Below are positions 34,351-45,400 of a stretch of 64,000 nt of DNA, one piece after another. The stretch is from positions 434,001-498,000 of the forward strand of contig OZ025682.1 of the NCBI GenBank assembly GCA_964019335.1, read 5' to 3'. A model generated the notes under the pieces. It was given only the letters and a program-made list of their open reading frames with translations, did no database searches and had not been told where the DNA came from. The translations under genes and the position numbers were made by a program. This DNA is from Diplonema japonicum. Lineage: Eukaryota > Protista > Euglenozoa: Diplonemea. Positions within the stretch are counted from its first letter, which is position 1; every line of letters begins with the position of its first letter.

Positions 34351-36369
34351 ATGTCACAAACAGCAAACGAAGAAAACAAAAAACAAAAAAGGAGAGGTGG
34401 GGGGAAGGAAGGGGGAAAAGAAATGACGGAGGTGAAGAAGAAAAAGATGACAACGTCAACAACATCATCTACAACCGGGGCGCGGTTTTCCTCCATAACC
34501 CCAAACGTGCTGCGGCGGACTGTGGAACGGGAGAAGGAAGGGAGGGGAATGAAAAAGACAAATTCAAAATACGAGTGGGGCCGGAGGGAGAGGGAATTGG
34601 AAAGGGAGGCGAAGAAAGGAACACGAATCGCTTCTGGGGGCAACATGAGCAGGGCATCTGGGTTCCATGCACTGCCGTCTAGAAATGTAAAGAGACGCGC
34701 CATGACGACAGCCGTCCCCGAACCGCCTGCTATCTACCGACCATACAGCAGGACCCCGAATGTGCCTGACCTTTCTAATGTCAACAAGCACAAGGAGCTT
34801 TATCGTTCGCCTTCTGGTGCGTTTGTGTCGCCCCGTCAGATAAGCCTCTCCAGCGCCTCACAGTCACACTCTCCTAGAATGCAGTCCCCCCATCCGCGGG
34901 CAGCCTCTGCCCCAGTCGACACCCCAAAGTCCACCTCTAAGACCCCTACACACGATATGAAAGAAATCGTCAGCAAGATCAGGGAAGAGCTCACTGAGCA
35001 GTTCCAAGCCGAGAAGGACGCGTGGGTCCGCGAACGGGAGGCCTCCCTCACACCATCCGAAAGCACCACCGTCGTGGAGCGCAAGATCCTCGACGAGCTC
35101 CTAGAGGTGGAGAAGGCAAAGATCCGCGAGGAGCTCGAAGAGGATTTCAAACGGGACCCCCGTTCAGAGGAAAGCGACGCGCGTATCAAAGAGCTGCAGA
35201 CAAACTTCGAAAATGAAAAACAAGAGTGGGCCGCTGAACGGGAGGCTTCAGGCAGCGCAAGGGCACAACAGCAAGAACAACGTGTTGCAGAAATGGCAGA
35301 AATAGAAGCTGCCATCGTCGAAGAAAGGAAACAATGGGCAGAAATGAGCGACGCAGCCGACAGCACCAAACAAGAATTGGAAGCAACGCTGGCGAAGACG
35401 AAGGAAACACTTGCGCAAGAGAAGGAACACCGGGCTGCTGAACAGGTGGCGTTCGCTGCGGAAAAGGACCAATGGGCTTCTGAAAGGGAAGAACAACGGC
35501 AGGAAAAGAAACGGTGGGCTTCTGAAACGGAAACATTTGCACAGGAGAAGGAACAATGGGCTGCTGAGAAGCAAGCATTTGCACAACACAAAGAACAGCG
35601 TACTGCCGAACAGGCGGCGTTTGCACAAGAAAGGGAACAGTGGGCCTCTGAAAGGGAAGCATTCGCACAGGAGAAGGAACAATGGACTTCTGAAATGGCT
35701 GCGCTCGCACAGGAGAAAGAGGCATCAGAGAAACAACTAAAGTCGTCCCATGCAAAGGAAATGGAAGACTGGAAAACAGAACACGAGCGAGAGCTCAGAG
35801 CAACCTTTGCACAAGAGAAACAACAATGGGATTCTAAACAAGCAGACTCAGAGAAACAACTAAAGGCAACTCTTGCAAGGGAAAAGGAAGTCTGGATAAC
35901 AGAAAGGGAGAGCACTATGGCAGTAAGGGAGCGAGAGCTAGAACAAGCCGCTGCCAAGGAAAGCCAGGAGCTTAAAGCAGTTTTCGCACAAGAGAAGGAA
36001 CAATGGATCGTTGGGAGGGAGGACCACGTGAACGAGCAGCTCACCACGAAATTTGCAAAGGAGAAGGAAGTGTGGATACAAGAGATGCAGAGGGAGGTCT
36101 CTGGAGAGTGGGCTAAGGTAGGGAAAACCTTGGAGACCAAAGAGAAAATGATCAAAGACCTGCAGTACCAACTAGAAATCGCAACCGGAAGGCAGGTGTA
36201 CAAGCACAGTGAACAACATAAGAAAATCAACGAATACGTGAAAGAGGAGCTGACTTATGACAAACAAACTGATCTTGTTTCGGTATAAGAAGAAAAAAAA
36301 AAAAAAAAAAAAAAAACACACACACAGCTCGACAACGAGCTTGATGAGCTGCTTGACGTTGCTGCGTGA
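34351..36369 (+). CDS. Long coiled-coil protein with 11-aa repeats; intron 36283..36327; start uncertain
   Basis: 645-aa ORF plus a terminal exon LDNELDELLDVAA*. The true start may be a later ATG. Confidence 0.75.
35405..35720 (+). repeat. Coding 33-nt tandem repeat (AFAQEKEQWxxE)
   Basis: About 9 consecutive degenerate 11-codon units are visible in DNA and protein. Confidence 0.8.
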
Positions 36370-36801
36370 TGTGAAGAGAGGGAAAGAAATATTTAAAAAA
36401 AAAAGAAATGTGCGAGCTTGAAGATTTTTTTTTTGCTTTGTTTTTCTCTTCCCCCCCCCTTTTATTTTCCCCCTCCCTTATTTTTGTGTGTGCGTGTATA
36501 TATAATGAACCGCGTTCGTGTTAAAAGAAGCGCGGAAAGCTCTCGACAGGAGTAAGGGAGTCTTCTTAGATAGCTACTCCCCCCCCCTCCAGCCAAGAGT
36601 TAGATTTTTTTAAAATTGAAAAAAAAGGGGGGAGGGAAAGAGAGAAAGGGAAGGGGTGTGAGTCGAACAACAACATTTGATAATTCTCGGTGTGCGGGTG
36701 GGTGCTCACCGGAGGGGGGGGAAAAAAATGCATGAAACATCATATACTGAAATGTTATGCCATTCCATGCTCAGGCTTTTCCTTTTTTTTTTTTTGAAAA
36801 G

Positions 36802-36833
<32 letters not shown>

Positions 36834-37002
36834 AGCGCGCAAATTTTTCTTCACCTGTTCAATTTTTTTTTATTACCTAGAAAGAAGATTCTAACCCAAC
36901 CTTTTACCTTCCATGACAACCCAAATAAAACATTAAAAACAGCAAAAAGAAAAGTTGGTGAGAAGAAGTTTTTTTAAAAAAAAAAAAGAAATACGAAAAA
37001 AT

Positions 37003-38091
37003 ATGGGAACTTGGGATGATTTAGATGAATCGGTTGCCAGAAGTAACGTGGCCGAGGAGTTGGAACGAAGATCTGCAAGACACGCAGAGGCGATGGACGG
37101 ACAGATCCGAGCGGATCCGAGGAACAGATCAATCGTCTTCGCAAAGGACGCCACCAAGGGCAAGGAGATCCCAGGGTGCGCACTGCCCTTGTGGTTCTAC
37201 CCCACGTCAGAGAAACTAATGTATGAGATAGAAAGGAGATCGGCTGCAATGCTAAAAGGCGGCTCAGGCGAGAAGAAAAAAGACAGTCCACTATCGCAGG
37301 TCACAAGCGTTGCTGTCTACAAAATGACATACAAGCTCAGCATGCCTGTCGATAAGCTTACTTCGAGAGACGATGCCTTGTACTACATAACTGGGAAAAT
37401 GGGGGGTTTTAAACTTGAAGACGGAAAGATTCAAACAACTGCAGAGCACTTTGTCAGAGATGGTAACAATCAGCTGTTCTTTCAGAACAAAAGGTACGTT
37501 TCCTTCTTCACAAAGAACTACGCGAAGAACAAGGCTGTTGAAAGGTCGCAGCAGCGTGTTAAGAAACCGATGCTGGAGCAGATTAAAGATCTAAAAGCGT
37601 TCCCTTTCGCACCGTCACAGCATGTTGGGTGCACTTCTGCAAAGGCAGTGTTGGTCTCTGATCTCAAACCGCCATCCAAACTGTTTCCCCATTACCACAC
37701 CGAAGGCTATTTCAACCTTTTGAATGGGTTCTACTTCCACCCTTACCACATTGGGTCAGGGGACCATGGCAACACATCTGTCGTTTCCGATTTGATCCTT
37801 CAGACCTGTCATTTGTATCTCAGAAGGATTAAGCCACAGGTGGCGCTTCCCTTCGATCCTCGTTCATGGACGGTCACTGGTTATGACAGTAATTATACAT
37901 CTTATGTAGAGGTTGCTGTGCCCTTTGTGTGTTGCATTACGGGGCATAAGACCATTGAGGTCCCCTTGTCCACCGGTGGGGTTGTTACAGGCTACGAACT
38001 GTCCTACACTGTGCACCAGGACGGCCGGGACTGCAACGACGGCTGGTTTACGCTGTCACCGCTTCCTTCATGGGCCACGTCAAGGTTGTGA
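37003..38091 (+). CDS. AfsA/ScbA-like double-hotdog protein, paralogue 1, PTS1 (-SRL)
   Basis: PSQHVGCTSAKAVLVS...HPYHIGSGDHGNTSVVSDLILQ...YTSYVEV follows the AfsA motif order. Clear paralogue of 38606..39691. Ends WATSRL*. Confidence 0.6.
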   Translation: MGTWDDLDESVARSNVAEELERRSARHAEAMDGQIRADPRNRSIVFAKDATKGKEIPGCALPLWFYPTSEKLMYEIERRSAAMLKGGSGEKKKDSPLSQVTSVAVYKMTYKLSMPVDKLTSRDDALYYITGKMGGFKLEDGKIQTTAEHFVRDGNNQLFFQNKRYVSFFTKNYAKNKAVERSQQRVKKPMLEQIKDLKAFPFAPSQHVGCTSAKAVLVSDLKPPSKLFPHYHTEGYFNLLNGFYFHPYHIGSGDHGNTSVVSDLILQTCHLYLRRIKPQVALPFDPRSWTVTGYDSNYTSYVEVAVPFVCCITGHKTIEVPLSTGGVVTGYELSYTVHQDGRDCNDGWFTLSPLPSWATSRL

Positions 38092-38176
38092 ATTGTAAAA
38101 AAAAAAAAAAGGGGGGGGAAAAAAAAAAGAGAAAATAATCGTGCAAACACCTTATTGCATTGATATTTTCTTTCAA

Positions 38177-38310
38177 GGTGGTGGGGATAACATGAAAATA
38201 TAAGAAAAACATCAGATGTGTTGTTCGCTGTTGACCTCCTCGTCGGTCATCACCGGTAGCGCCCGAGTGGAAGAACATAATGCAGATGCTCAGGGTGACG
38301 AACAGGCAGC
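38177..38310 (+). ncRNA. HDV-like self-cleaving ribozyme, copy 1 (intact)
   Basis: P1 GGTGGTG(38177-83)/CATCACC(38248-54); P2 GCTGTTG(38227-33)/CAGGCAGC(38303-10, one bulge); P3 ACC/GGT; L3 TCCTCGTC; P1.1 CC/GG(38255-56); P4 CGCCCGAGT/GCTC(A)GGGTG; J4/2 CGAA with catalytic C38299. Confidence 0.8.
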
Positions 38311-38456
38311 AAACTGCACGAGCGCAGAATCTTGGTTACCCGGGACGCACCGGCTGGGGTTGAGCTGTACACCGCACGCATTAAGGACACGACGCGGAAT
38401 GCAGAAGAAGCTACAACTCGGCCGCGGCGCGCCCCCTGTAATCAAGTAGACAGTTC
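38177..38456 (+). mobile_element. ~280-bp ribozyme-headed SINE-like/retroposon-derived repeat, copy 1
   Basis: Highly similar to 55561..55833. The shared 5' boundary coincides with the ribozyme start. No TIRs. Confidence 0.7.
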
Positions 38457-38605
38457 TTGTGCAGGGCGCCGCCAACACCGGCCTCCTTTAACTCCTATAT
38501 TCTTTTGTGCTCTCGTATGATAAAACGTCTTTTTTTTTTTAGTTGTTGTTGTTGTTGTTGTTGTCCCGTTGTAATTTTTTTTCTCAGATTTACACGCAAA
38601 GCACG

Positions 38606-39691
38606 ATGGGTGTCTGGGATGGTGTGAATGTTCCTGACAGTCTTGATGAGGTGTCGCGCATTGTGGTGGACAGGGTGAAGATGAACGATGCGACCATGAG
38701 TTCCATGTTGAGGGAAGACGAAGAAAACAACGTGACCTTCGCGAAGGACTTCTCAAAGCGGGCGGGCTCGCCCCCCGTGGCGCACCCTTTCTGGAACTTC
38801 CCAACGACCGAGAAGATTATGTACGTCATCGCACAGAACTTCACCCCCGGCGGCATGAAGCCCCCCTCTGCAGGCTCCGCCTCCAATAAAACAGGAAAAC
38901 CCACAGGCCCCAGCTTCGCAGCTTATAGATTACAACACAAACTCCACACCCCTGCTGATCTATGGACCCGTAAAGATGACATGCTGTACTATGTAACATG
39001 CAAGCTCGGCAGCATCAAGCCCTCTGGTGTGGGCAAGGTCGCATCAGACATGACACACGAAGTGCGGAACGGTAAGAATGAACTGGTGTTGAGCTCGCGG
39101 AGGTACTTGTATCTGTTTTCAAAAGAGTTTGCAACGAGGAAGGCTGCGTCGAGGAAGAGGGTTGCAAAGCCGTTGTCACGGCAGGTGGAGGACTTGAAGG
39201 CCTTCCCGTTCACATCACCGAGAAACGTCGGCTTGACCGACCCAAGGGGTGTCTTCATGTCAGATCTGGAACCGTCCGACAAGGAGTTCCCGTACCCTCA
39301 CGCCAGGGGGTACGTTGGTTTGCTAAACGGGCTGCTGCACAACCCAATACACATCGGCAACGGCGACCACGCCAACACCTCACACATAGGGGACGCCGTT
39401 GTGCAGACTGTACATCTTTATCTCCGTAATCTGAGCACACGGGTGCAGCCTGGTTTCAACCGCCACGCTTGGGCGGTTACTGAGCTTGATGCGAATTTTA
39501 AGTCGTATTTTGAACTTGGTGTTGAGTTCACGTGCTGCATCAAGGAGCACGTGGAGGTTGACATTGCCCTGTCGACTGGTGTTGCTATCGTCGGCCATAA
39601 AATATTCATCGAGCTCTACCAGGAAGGACGGTTGTCCACCGACGGGTGGCATACCTTCGCACCCCTCCCTGTGTGGGCTGCAAAGTTGTAA
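38606..39691 (+). CDS. AfsA/ScbA-like double-hotdog protein, paralogue 2, PTS1 (-AKL)
   Basis: PRNVGLTDPRGVFMS...NPIHIGNGDHANTSHIGDAVVQ...VTELDANFKSYFEL, with N-terminal half AHPFW...IAQ. Ends WAAKL*. Confidence 0.6.
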   Translation: MGVWDGVNVPDSLDEVSRIVVDRVKMNDATMSSMLREDEENNVTFAKDFSKRAGSPPVAHPFWNFPTTEKIMYVIAQNFTPGGMKPPSAGSASNKTGKPTGPSFAAYRLQHKLHTPADLWTRKDDMLYYVTCKLGSIKPSGVGKVASDMTHEVRNGKNELVLSSRRYLYLFSKEFATRKAASRKRVAKPLSRQVEDLKAFPFTSPRNVGLTDPRGVFMSDLEPSDKEFPYPHARGYVGLLNGLLHNPIHIGNGDHANTSHIGDAVVQTVHLYLRNLSTRVQPGFNRHAWAVTELDANFKSYFELGVEFTCCIKEHVEVDIALSTGVAIVGHKIFIELYQEGRLSTDGWHTFAPLPVWAAKL

Positions 39692-39829
39692 GGAAAACTG
39701 GAGTGCGGGGGAGGGGGGGAAAAAAAGAGAAAGAAATGTGTGGCGGACCAGCCCCCCTTCCCCCCCCCGCGGAACGGTGAACAAAAAAAAACGAAGAAAA
39801 AAAAATAACGGGCTGCCTACAGCCCCGAC

Positions 39830-39909
39830 GAATCTCATTGGTCCAGTCATTCTCGTTTTTACTTAGAAGATGAGGCATTTGGCTACCTTACGAGAATCAT
39901 AGTTACTCC
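39830..39909 (-). pseudogene. Degenerate LSU (28S) rRNA fragment, helix 69-71 region
   Basis: The minus strand reads GGAGTAACTATGATTCTCGTAAGGTAGCCAAATGCCTCATCTTCTAA...ATGACTGGACCAATGAGATTC. The conserved eukaryotic LSU sequence is GGAGTAACTATGACTCTCTTAAGGTAGCCAAATGCCTCGTCATCTAA...ATGAATGGATTAACGAGATTC. Confidence 0.88.
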
Positions 39910-40348
39910 ATCTATCACATGCCACGCATCGGATATCGGATGCCATTATCAATCGCCTATCTTGGGAAGATATATAAAAAGGAAAAGAGGGTGTGTGGAA
40001 ATGGGCGTACGGCCTCTTCCCTGTACCCCCTTTGTCCTTGTCTCCTTTTTTTTTGTCACTAGGTAGTGGTCGGTTGGTGGAGAGGGAAGGGATCTGAGCC
40101 TCCATGCGTGGTTTAAAGAAGAAAAACTCTTCTTTTTCTGATAACATCCCTCCCGTTCTACTCAACTAAGAAAATATTTTTTTCAGCTTTCCAACACCCA
40201 GGAAAGAATGGAAAAAGAAAGAAAAAAAAAAAAACGAATAAAAAGAAAAGAAGAAGAAGAAAAAAAAAAAAACCTCATTTTGTTTGCGCGTTCTATTTAC
40301 CTATATAAGGTTTTCTCTGCGCTGCCATTAGCTATCTAGTCTCGACGA

Positions 40349-40381
<33 letters not shown>

Positions 40382-40608
40382 CAATGCGGGATCATGTGGC
40401 GATTTTTTTTTTCTTCCGTCTTTTTCTGATGGTTTACCCTTTTTTTTTTCTTCCTTTCTCTTTTTATCTACAAGTAAAAAAAAAAAAAGGAGGAAAAAAA
40501 AAAAAGGAAAATCAAAAAAAAAAAGGAACTTCTAACTTATATTCTCGATCCCCACGAAACAAGAAAAAAGAAAAAAAAAAAAAAAACAGAAAAGGACAAA
40601 AAAAAAAA

Positions 40609-42179
40609 ATGAAAGCCCAAAGACGGCAGTTTTACATGGGAGCCTTCAAGGGAGCAAAGGGCAGAAACCACCCTTTAGTGCGACTGGACGGCGTGGACGC
40701 GGTTTTGGACAAGGAGACATGGAGAGAACTGTGGGGAAAAGGCCCGCTGTTCCCAAAGGTGGGAAACGACGACGAGGTAATGTGCCACAAGAGGTACGTC
40801 AGGAAGGCTGCAGGCGACGCTGAGAAACACGAACTCTACAAGTTCGTCACGAAACAGACGTCCCAAAAGCAAATGCGCCTCAACGACACCATAGCAAAAG
40901 CTGTCGAAGCGAACAGCAGGCTCTACGAGCGAAGGTTCGAGGTAGAAGAATGCTGGAAAGACCGCATTGCAACCGACTGGGGGAACATCACCGACGACAC
41001 AGCCACCAGACTCATTCTCTGGGAGATATACGGAGGCATGGAAGGGTGCGTCAGCCCACCGACAACACCTATGCAAAGCTTCCGATCAGACATTCACTCC
41101 GACTCTGCCTCCCGAGGAGAGCTCCCCCTCGCACACCTCCGAAACAAAGAACTATGGATCGAGGCCTCGTACCATGCAGTGGCCGCCAAGAAAGCAACAT
41201 TGCTAGAGGGTCTACCAGAATCGCTGGTTAGCTTCTCCCGGGACATCTCAGAGCAGTGGATGAAAGACCCTGCAAAGCGATACTTAAACCCGCACAGGCA
41301 GGCCCTCACAAACCACTTCACGAACTACCCTACGAGCGACGTCGCCATCCCTGGGGAGAAGGACCTTGAGAATTTCAACTTCACCTCATTGCTCCCACTT
41401 CTTCGGTGGTTCAAAGGCGAAGCTTCCGTAAAGTACTCAACCGATCGTGAATATTTCCTTGCAAGGCAGGAGGAGGAAATCCGGATTCGTGAAGCGCTTA
41501 TAAAGGAGCTCGGCAAGAAGTACGACACGAAGGCGGCGGGTGTTGACATTGCCAACACTAAAGCCGCGCTTGAAGTTGTGAAGCGTAATGATAAAGAATG
41601 GCGGAAGGTGCTTTCAAAACAAGGGAAAACCATGCACGCAGAACAAGCGCACCTCCTCTCCGCCATCCCGTTGGAACCCGTTCCCTCTCCGGATCTTCAA
41701 AGCGAAAACTCTGAAGTGACGCTGCTCGGGAAGGACTCCTTCACCATACAACAAACCCTCACAGAACTACTCAGCAACACTTTGTACAAAAAGGCGCTCA
41801 TTGCAGATTCTGGGGACTCTGTCCGATCGGCCATCTACGAGCTTGCGTGGCTTCTCACAAAGGAAAGGTTTCATGATATCTACTCAGTGCAGCGCAAGGA
41901 GCTCAACGGCCTTGTGCAGAAGGCACGCAGGAAAGTGGAGGTGGCTGTCAATGACGTTGTCAGCGAGAACCTTAAATTTTTCAAGGAAGAGAACAACACC
42001 CCGAACCGAGCTGACTCCCTTTATGCCGTCGACAAGTACTCCACAGACAAATACAGTATGAGCGATGAAAAATTGAATAAACAAAACAAAAAACAAAAAC
42101 AGACTTCACGGTTGTGGATTCGCACGAGCCTTTCACCACAGGTGGCTTCAAGGACACCAGCATCGGTGTTCGTGTGTAA
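40609..42179 (+). CDS. Hypothetical protein; intron 42056..42102
   Basis: Coding-like composition from ATG 40609. A GTATG..CAG intron gives the terminal exon NFTVVDSHEPFTTGGFKDTSIGVRV*. Confidence 0.75.
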
Positions 42180-42426
42180 AAAAAAAAAAAAAAAACAGAG
42201 AGAAAAAAAACAAAGAAATCAGTGTGTTTTTTTTCTCTTCTCCCTTCTTTTGTTTTGCCCCCCCTCTCGCCATCGAATCAACGGACAAACGGGGGGGGGG
42301 AGAAAAAAAAGAGGAAAAGAACAAAAAAAAAATAAGTGTTGTTTGGTATCTTATTCGATTCTTTATGACTTAGTTGTCTGCAAAATGTTTTTTTTTTCTT
42401 TTTCTTAATACATCCTCTTCAGCACT

Positions 42427-45400
42427 ATGGAAGAAACCCAGAGCCGCGATGCGTTGAGCTCCGTGGGCATCTTCAGTGAAGACGTGGTGATGCTGGACAG
42501 CTGGCATGAAGTAGTTGAGCTGTACCGTACGCGCTGTGCGGAGATGGGCCTGAAGCCGATCAGCTCGTTCGTTAGATTGCTAAAGAAAGACACTATCTCA
42601 GAACTAATCCTTGACCAGTGCTACTTCGGAGACAGAGGGCTCACAGCGGTCGCCTCAGCCCTTCGTTGCGCGAAAGTAGTTTCGTTGAGCCTCTCAGACT
42701 GTGCGTTGTCTTATGAACATGCTGCGATTCTAAGAAAGGAGCTCATGGGGCACCCATACCTCACCTATCTGAACCTGAAGCGGAACACCCTCGGCCACCA
42801 GGCTGCAAAGGGGATTATCGATCTCATATCCAAATCGCCTCACCTTGTAAAGGTGGAGGTCGATCCTGAGACTCCCAAGTTCCAAGCCATTAAACAGCTC
42901 TGCTTGGCCAACATGAACATTCACATTAAGGTTACCTCCTGCGTGAGCTGCAAGCGGCAGGTGCTCGGCCAGTCTATCGACAATGTGGAGACAGTACTGC
43001 TGAAAGAGCTCGGGAAGATCAAATCAGTACTCAACACCACTGCTGAGAACTTGCACTCCGTGTGGCTGCGCATGTGGGAGTACCTCAAGAACAACGACTA
43101 CCTGTTGTCAGTGTGCGATGTGGACTGCCTTCAAGACTGGCTCACTTCGCTCACCACGTTCATCTCGACTCCTCCTATATCTGTCCACCCTACACCCACT
43201 TGCTCCTACTGCATGCGAACCCCAGAGACCACTCTCTTACCCAACCCTGCCCCCTTCATCATGAAGAGCCTCGTTCCTGAGATGGCGAAGCTTCCCGTGC
43301 CTTTGACACCGTCCTCGTTCGCGCGTCTTGTTAGCATTATTGCCTCTACTGGTAGTACTCTGTCGCTGTGCAGCAAGTCTTGTGGTAAGGCCCTGCTGCG
43401 GCAGGGTATGACAGGGGGGGGTGGGATGCTCCCTCTGAGGAAGGACAGCAGGGATTGGAAACTCCATGAGTACTTTGGTATGCTCAGGACGCCGAGTGAA
43501 GATTTCTGCAACAGCGAGGACCCTGTCCTTGTGGACCAAGGCGAACATGACCTCTCAGCAGCACTGGTGGTGTCGAGAACCTGCCAGCACGGAGAGGCGG
43601 AAATGTATGACCCTCTATACACGTTCGTGGTGTCGAGACACATCGCGAAGAACGACACAGCCAATGGGTGGGGCGTTGACCTGAGGTCTGCTTGCAAGAG
43701 TATTGTAGAGTACGGTGTGATCCCTGCCGTAAACAACCCCGAGAAGATGTCCGATCGCTCGCAGTGGTCCTGGGCACAGCTCGAGAAGGAAGGGAAAGGT
43801 CTGCACGTCATTGCTGCATCTCGAAGAAAAGCCTCTTATTTTGCGGTGGATCCCCCGCCTCCTGGCGTTGACCTGTTTGACGCTATCAGGAGCGCATTGT
43901 GGGGTCTGGCCCCTGCAAAACGCCCTGTTATCACAGGTTGCAAATGGCGAGCAGCATGGACGCGGCAGAGGGACGGCATCATCCCGTACCACAAGAACAA
44001 GGGAGGGTTGCACCAGGCCGTGCGCATAATTGGACAGAAGACGCTCCACGACACGTTGTACCTCACTGTGGTGCCAAACCTGGGGTACGGTGTGGGGGAC
44101 GGCGGGCTATTTTACTTCTCTCGCGAAGTCATCAATAGGGAGTTCAGGTACGGTACTTTTGTGTTCAGAGACGGGCAGGGCGCCACGTGTCCTGACACCC
44201 TGTTCTCGCATGCCTCATCCTCGACTACACGCATAATTTCCTCAAGAAGCGACATGGATGCCCTGCTCGAGATGCTTGCTGCGCCTAGCTTGAGGAAGTG
44301 TGAGGTACTGAGGGAGTTCCTTGCACCCACGCTCCTCGAGATCCCTCCTGAGGCTCTCTTTTTGTTCCGCAGCGCAAGCTCACCCCCAAGCCAGCATGAC
44401 GAAGAGAAACTTGCAAACGTCCGCAGGTTGTACAAAAGCGAGTGCACAGCACAGTTGGTGTTCTTCTGGGAATTCCAGATCTCCACCAACGTTCGGCAGT
44501 GGATTGTGCACTTGCTTGATCTTTACGCGAAGGTCATGGTGGCGAAGGCCGACATGGTGCAAATGGACAAGAAGCGTAGTGTGATAGACATTACAATGCG
44601 TAGGAAGACCGTCACCTTGGGTGGTGCAGTGAATTTTGAAGACGAAGGGCTAACCAAGTTGCAGAACAAGCCTTCAAAGAAGAAATCAATGCTCCACTTA
44701 AAGAGGGATGAGCGAGAGGCAGCGGTCGCCGCACAGCGGCGAGAAGAGGAACACCTGGAAAGAGCTGCCACAAAATGGAGAGCGGAACAGCAGTCGCGGG
44801 CCGCCACTGAAGCGGCCAATGCCGTGAAGGCAGAGCAGCAGTTCCAGAAAACGCTGTCAAGAACAGGCTTTATGAAATTTAACCTGCATCAGATCACGGG
44901 CATGACAACGACACGCCTGCTTCCTAATGTCTCGGTCACGGCTGCTGTACTCAACACGAAGGTGCCGCGTGCGTTCCTCCATGTCATCCTGCCTGGCACC
45001 ACTGAATTGAGTAACACGGCTTATTTCTTCTGGGGCGACACCGTGGCCACGATTGATGTCTGCACGCGCAACGTCACAACGAAGCTGCAGTCCATCAAGA
45101 GCCACCCTAAACTGGCAGGCTTCCCCCTCATCTACGTCGATGCTGTCGTCTACAGCAGTGTCACGTCGTACATCTTCTCCGGCAGCATTTGGCTCGAGTA
45201 CGACTTACAGGACAACCGGGTACACAGCGGACCCTTTCTGATCTCGTCTCACCCTAAGTTTCGCGATCTCCCTGAAGCGTACCATACGGGTGTGGACGGT
45301 GCCGTGTCTGTTCCCAACACACAAGTTGTGTACTTCATGAAGGGGCCGCAATGTATCGAATGGGACACGGATCGAAAGGAGTACTCTTCTGTAAGCACCG

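Noticed and set aside
34215-34352. Short coding-looking minus-strand ORF (MKKTRYQPP...)
   Set aside because: Only 45 codons, opposite to all other genes, no recognisable motif.
38212-38253. Box C (GTGATGA) and box D (CTGA) on the minus strand of the repeat
   Set aside because: Too short for a guide snoRNA, no terminal stem, and the bases are explained by P3/P1 of the + strand ribozyme.
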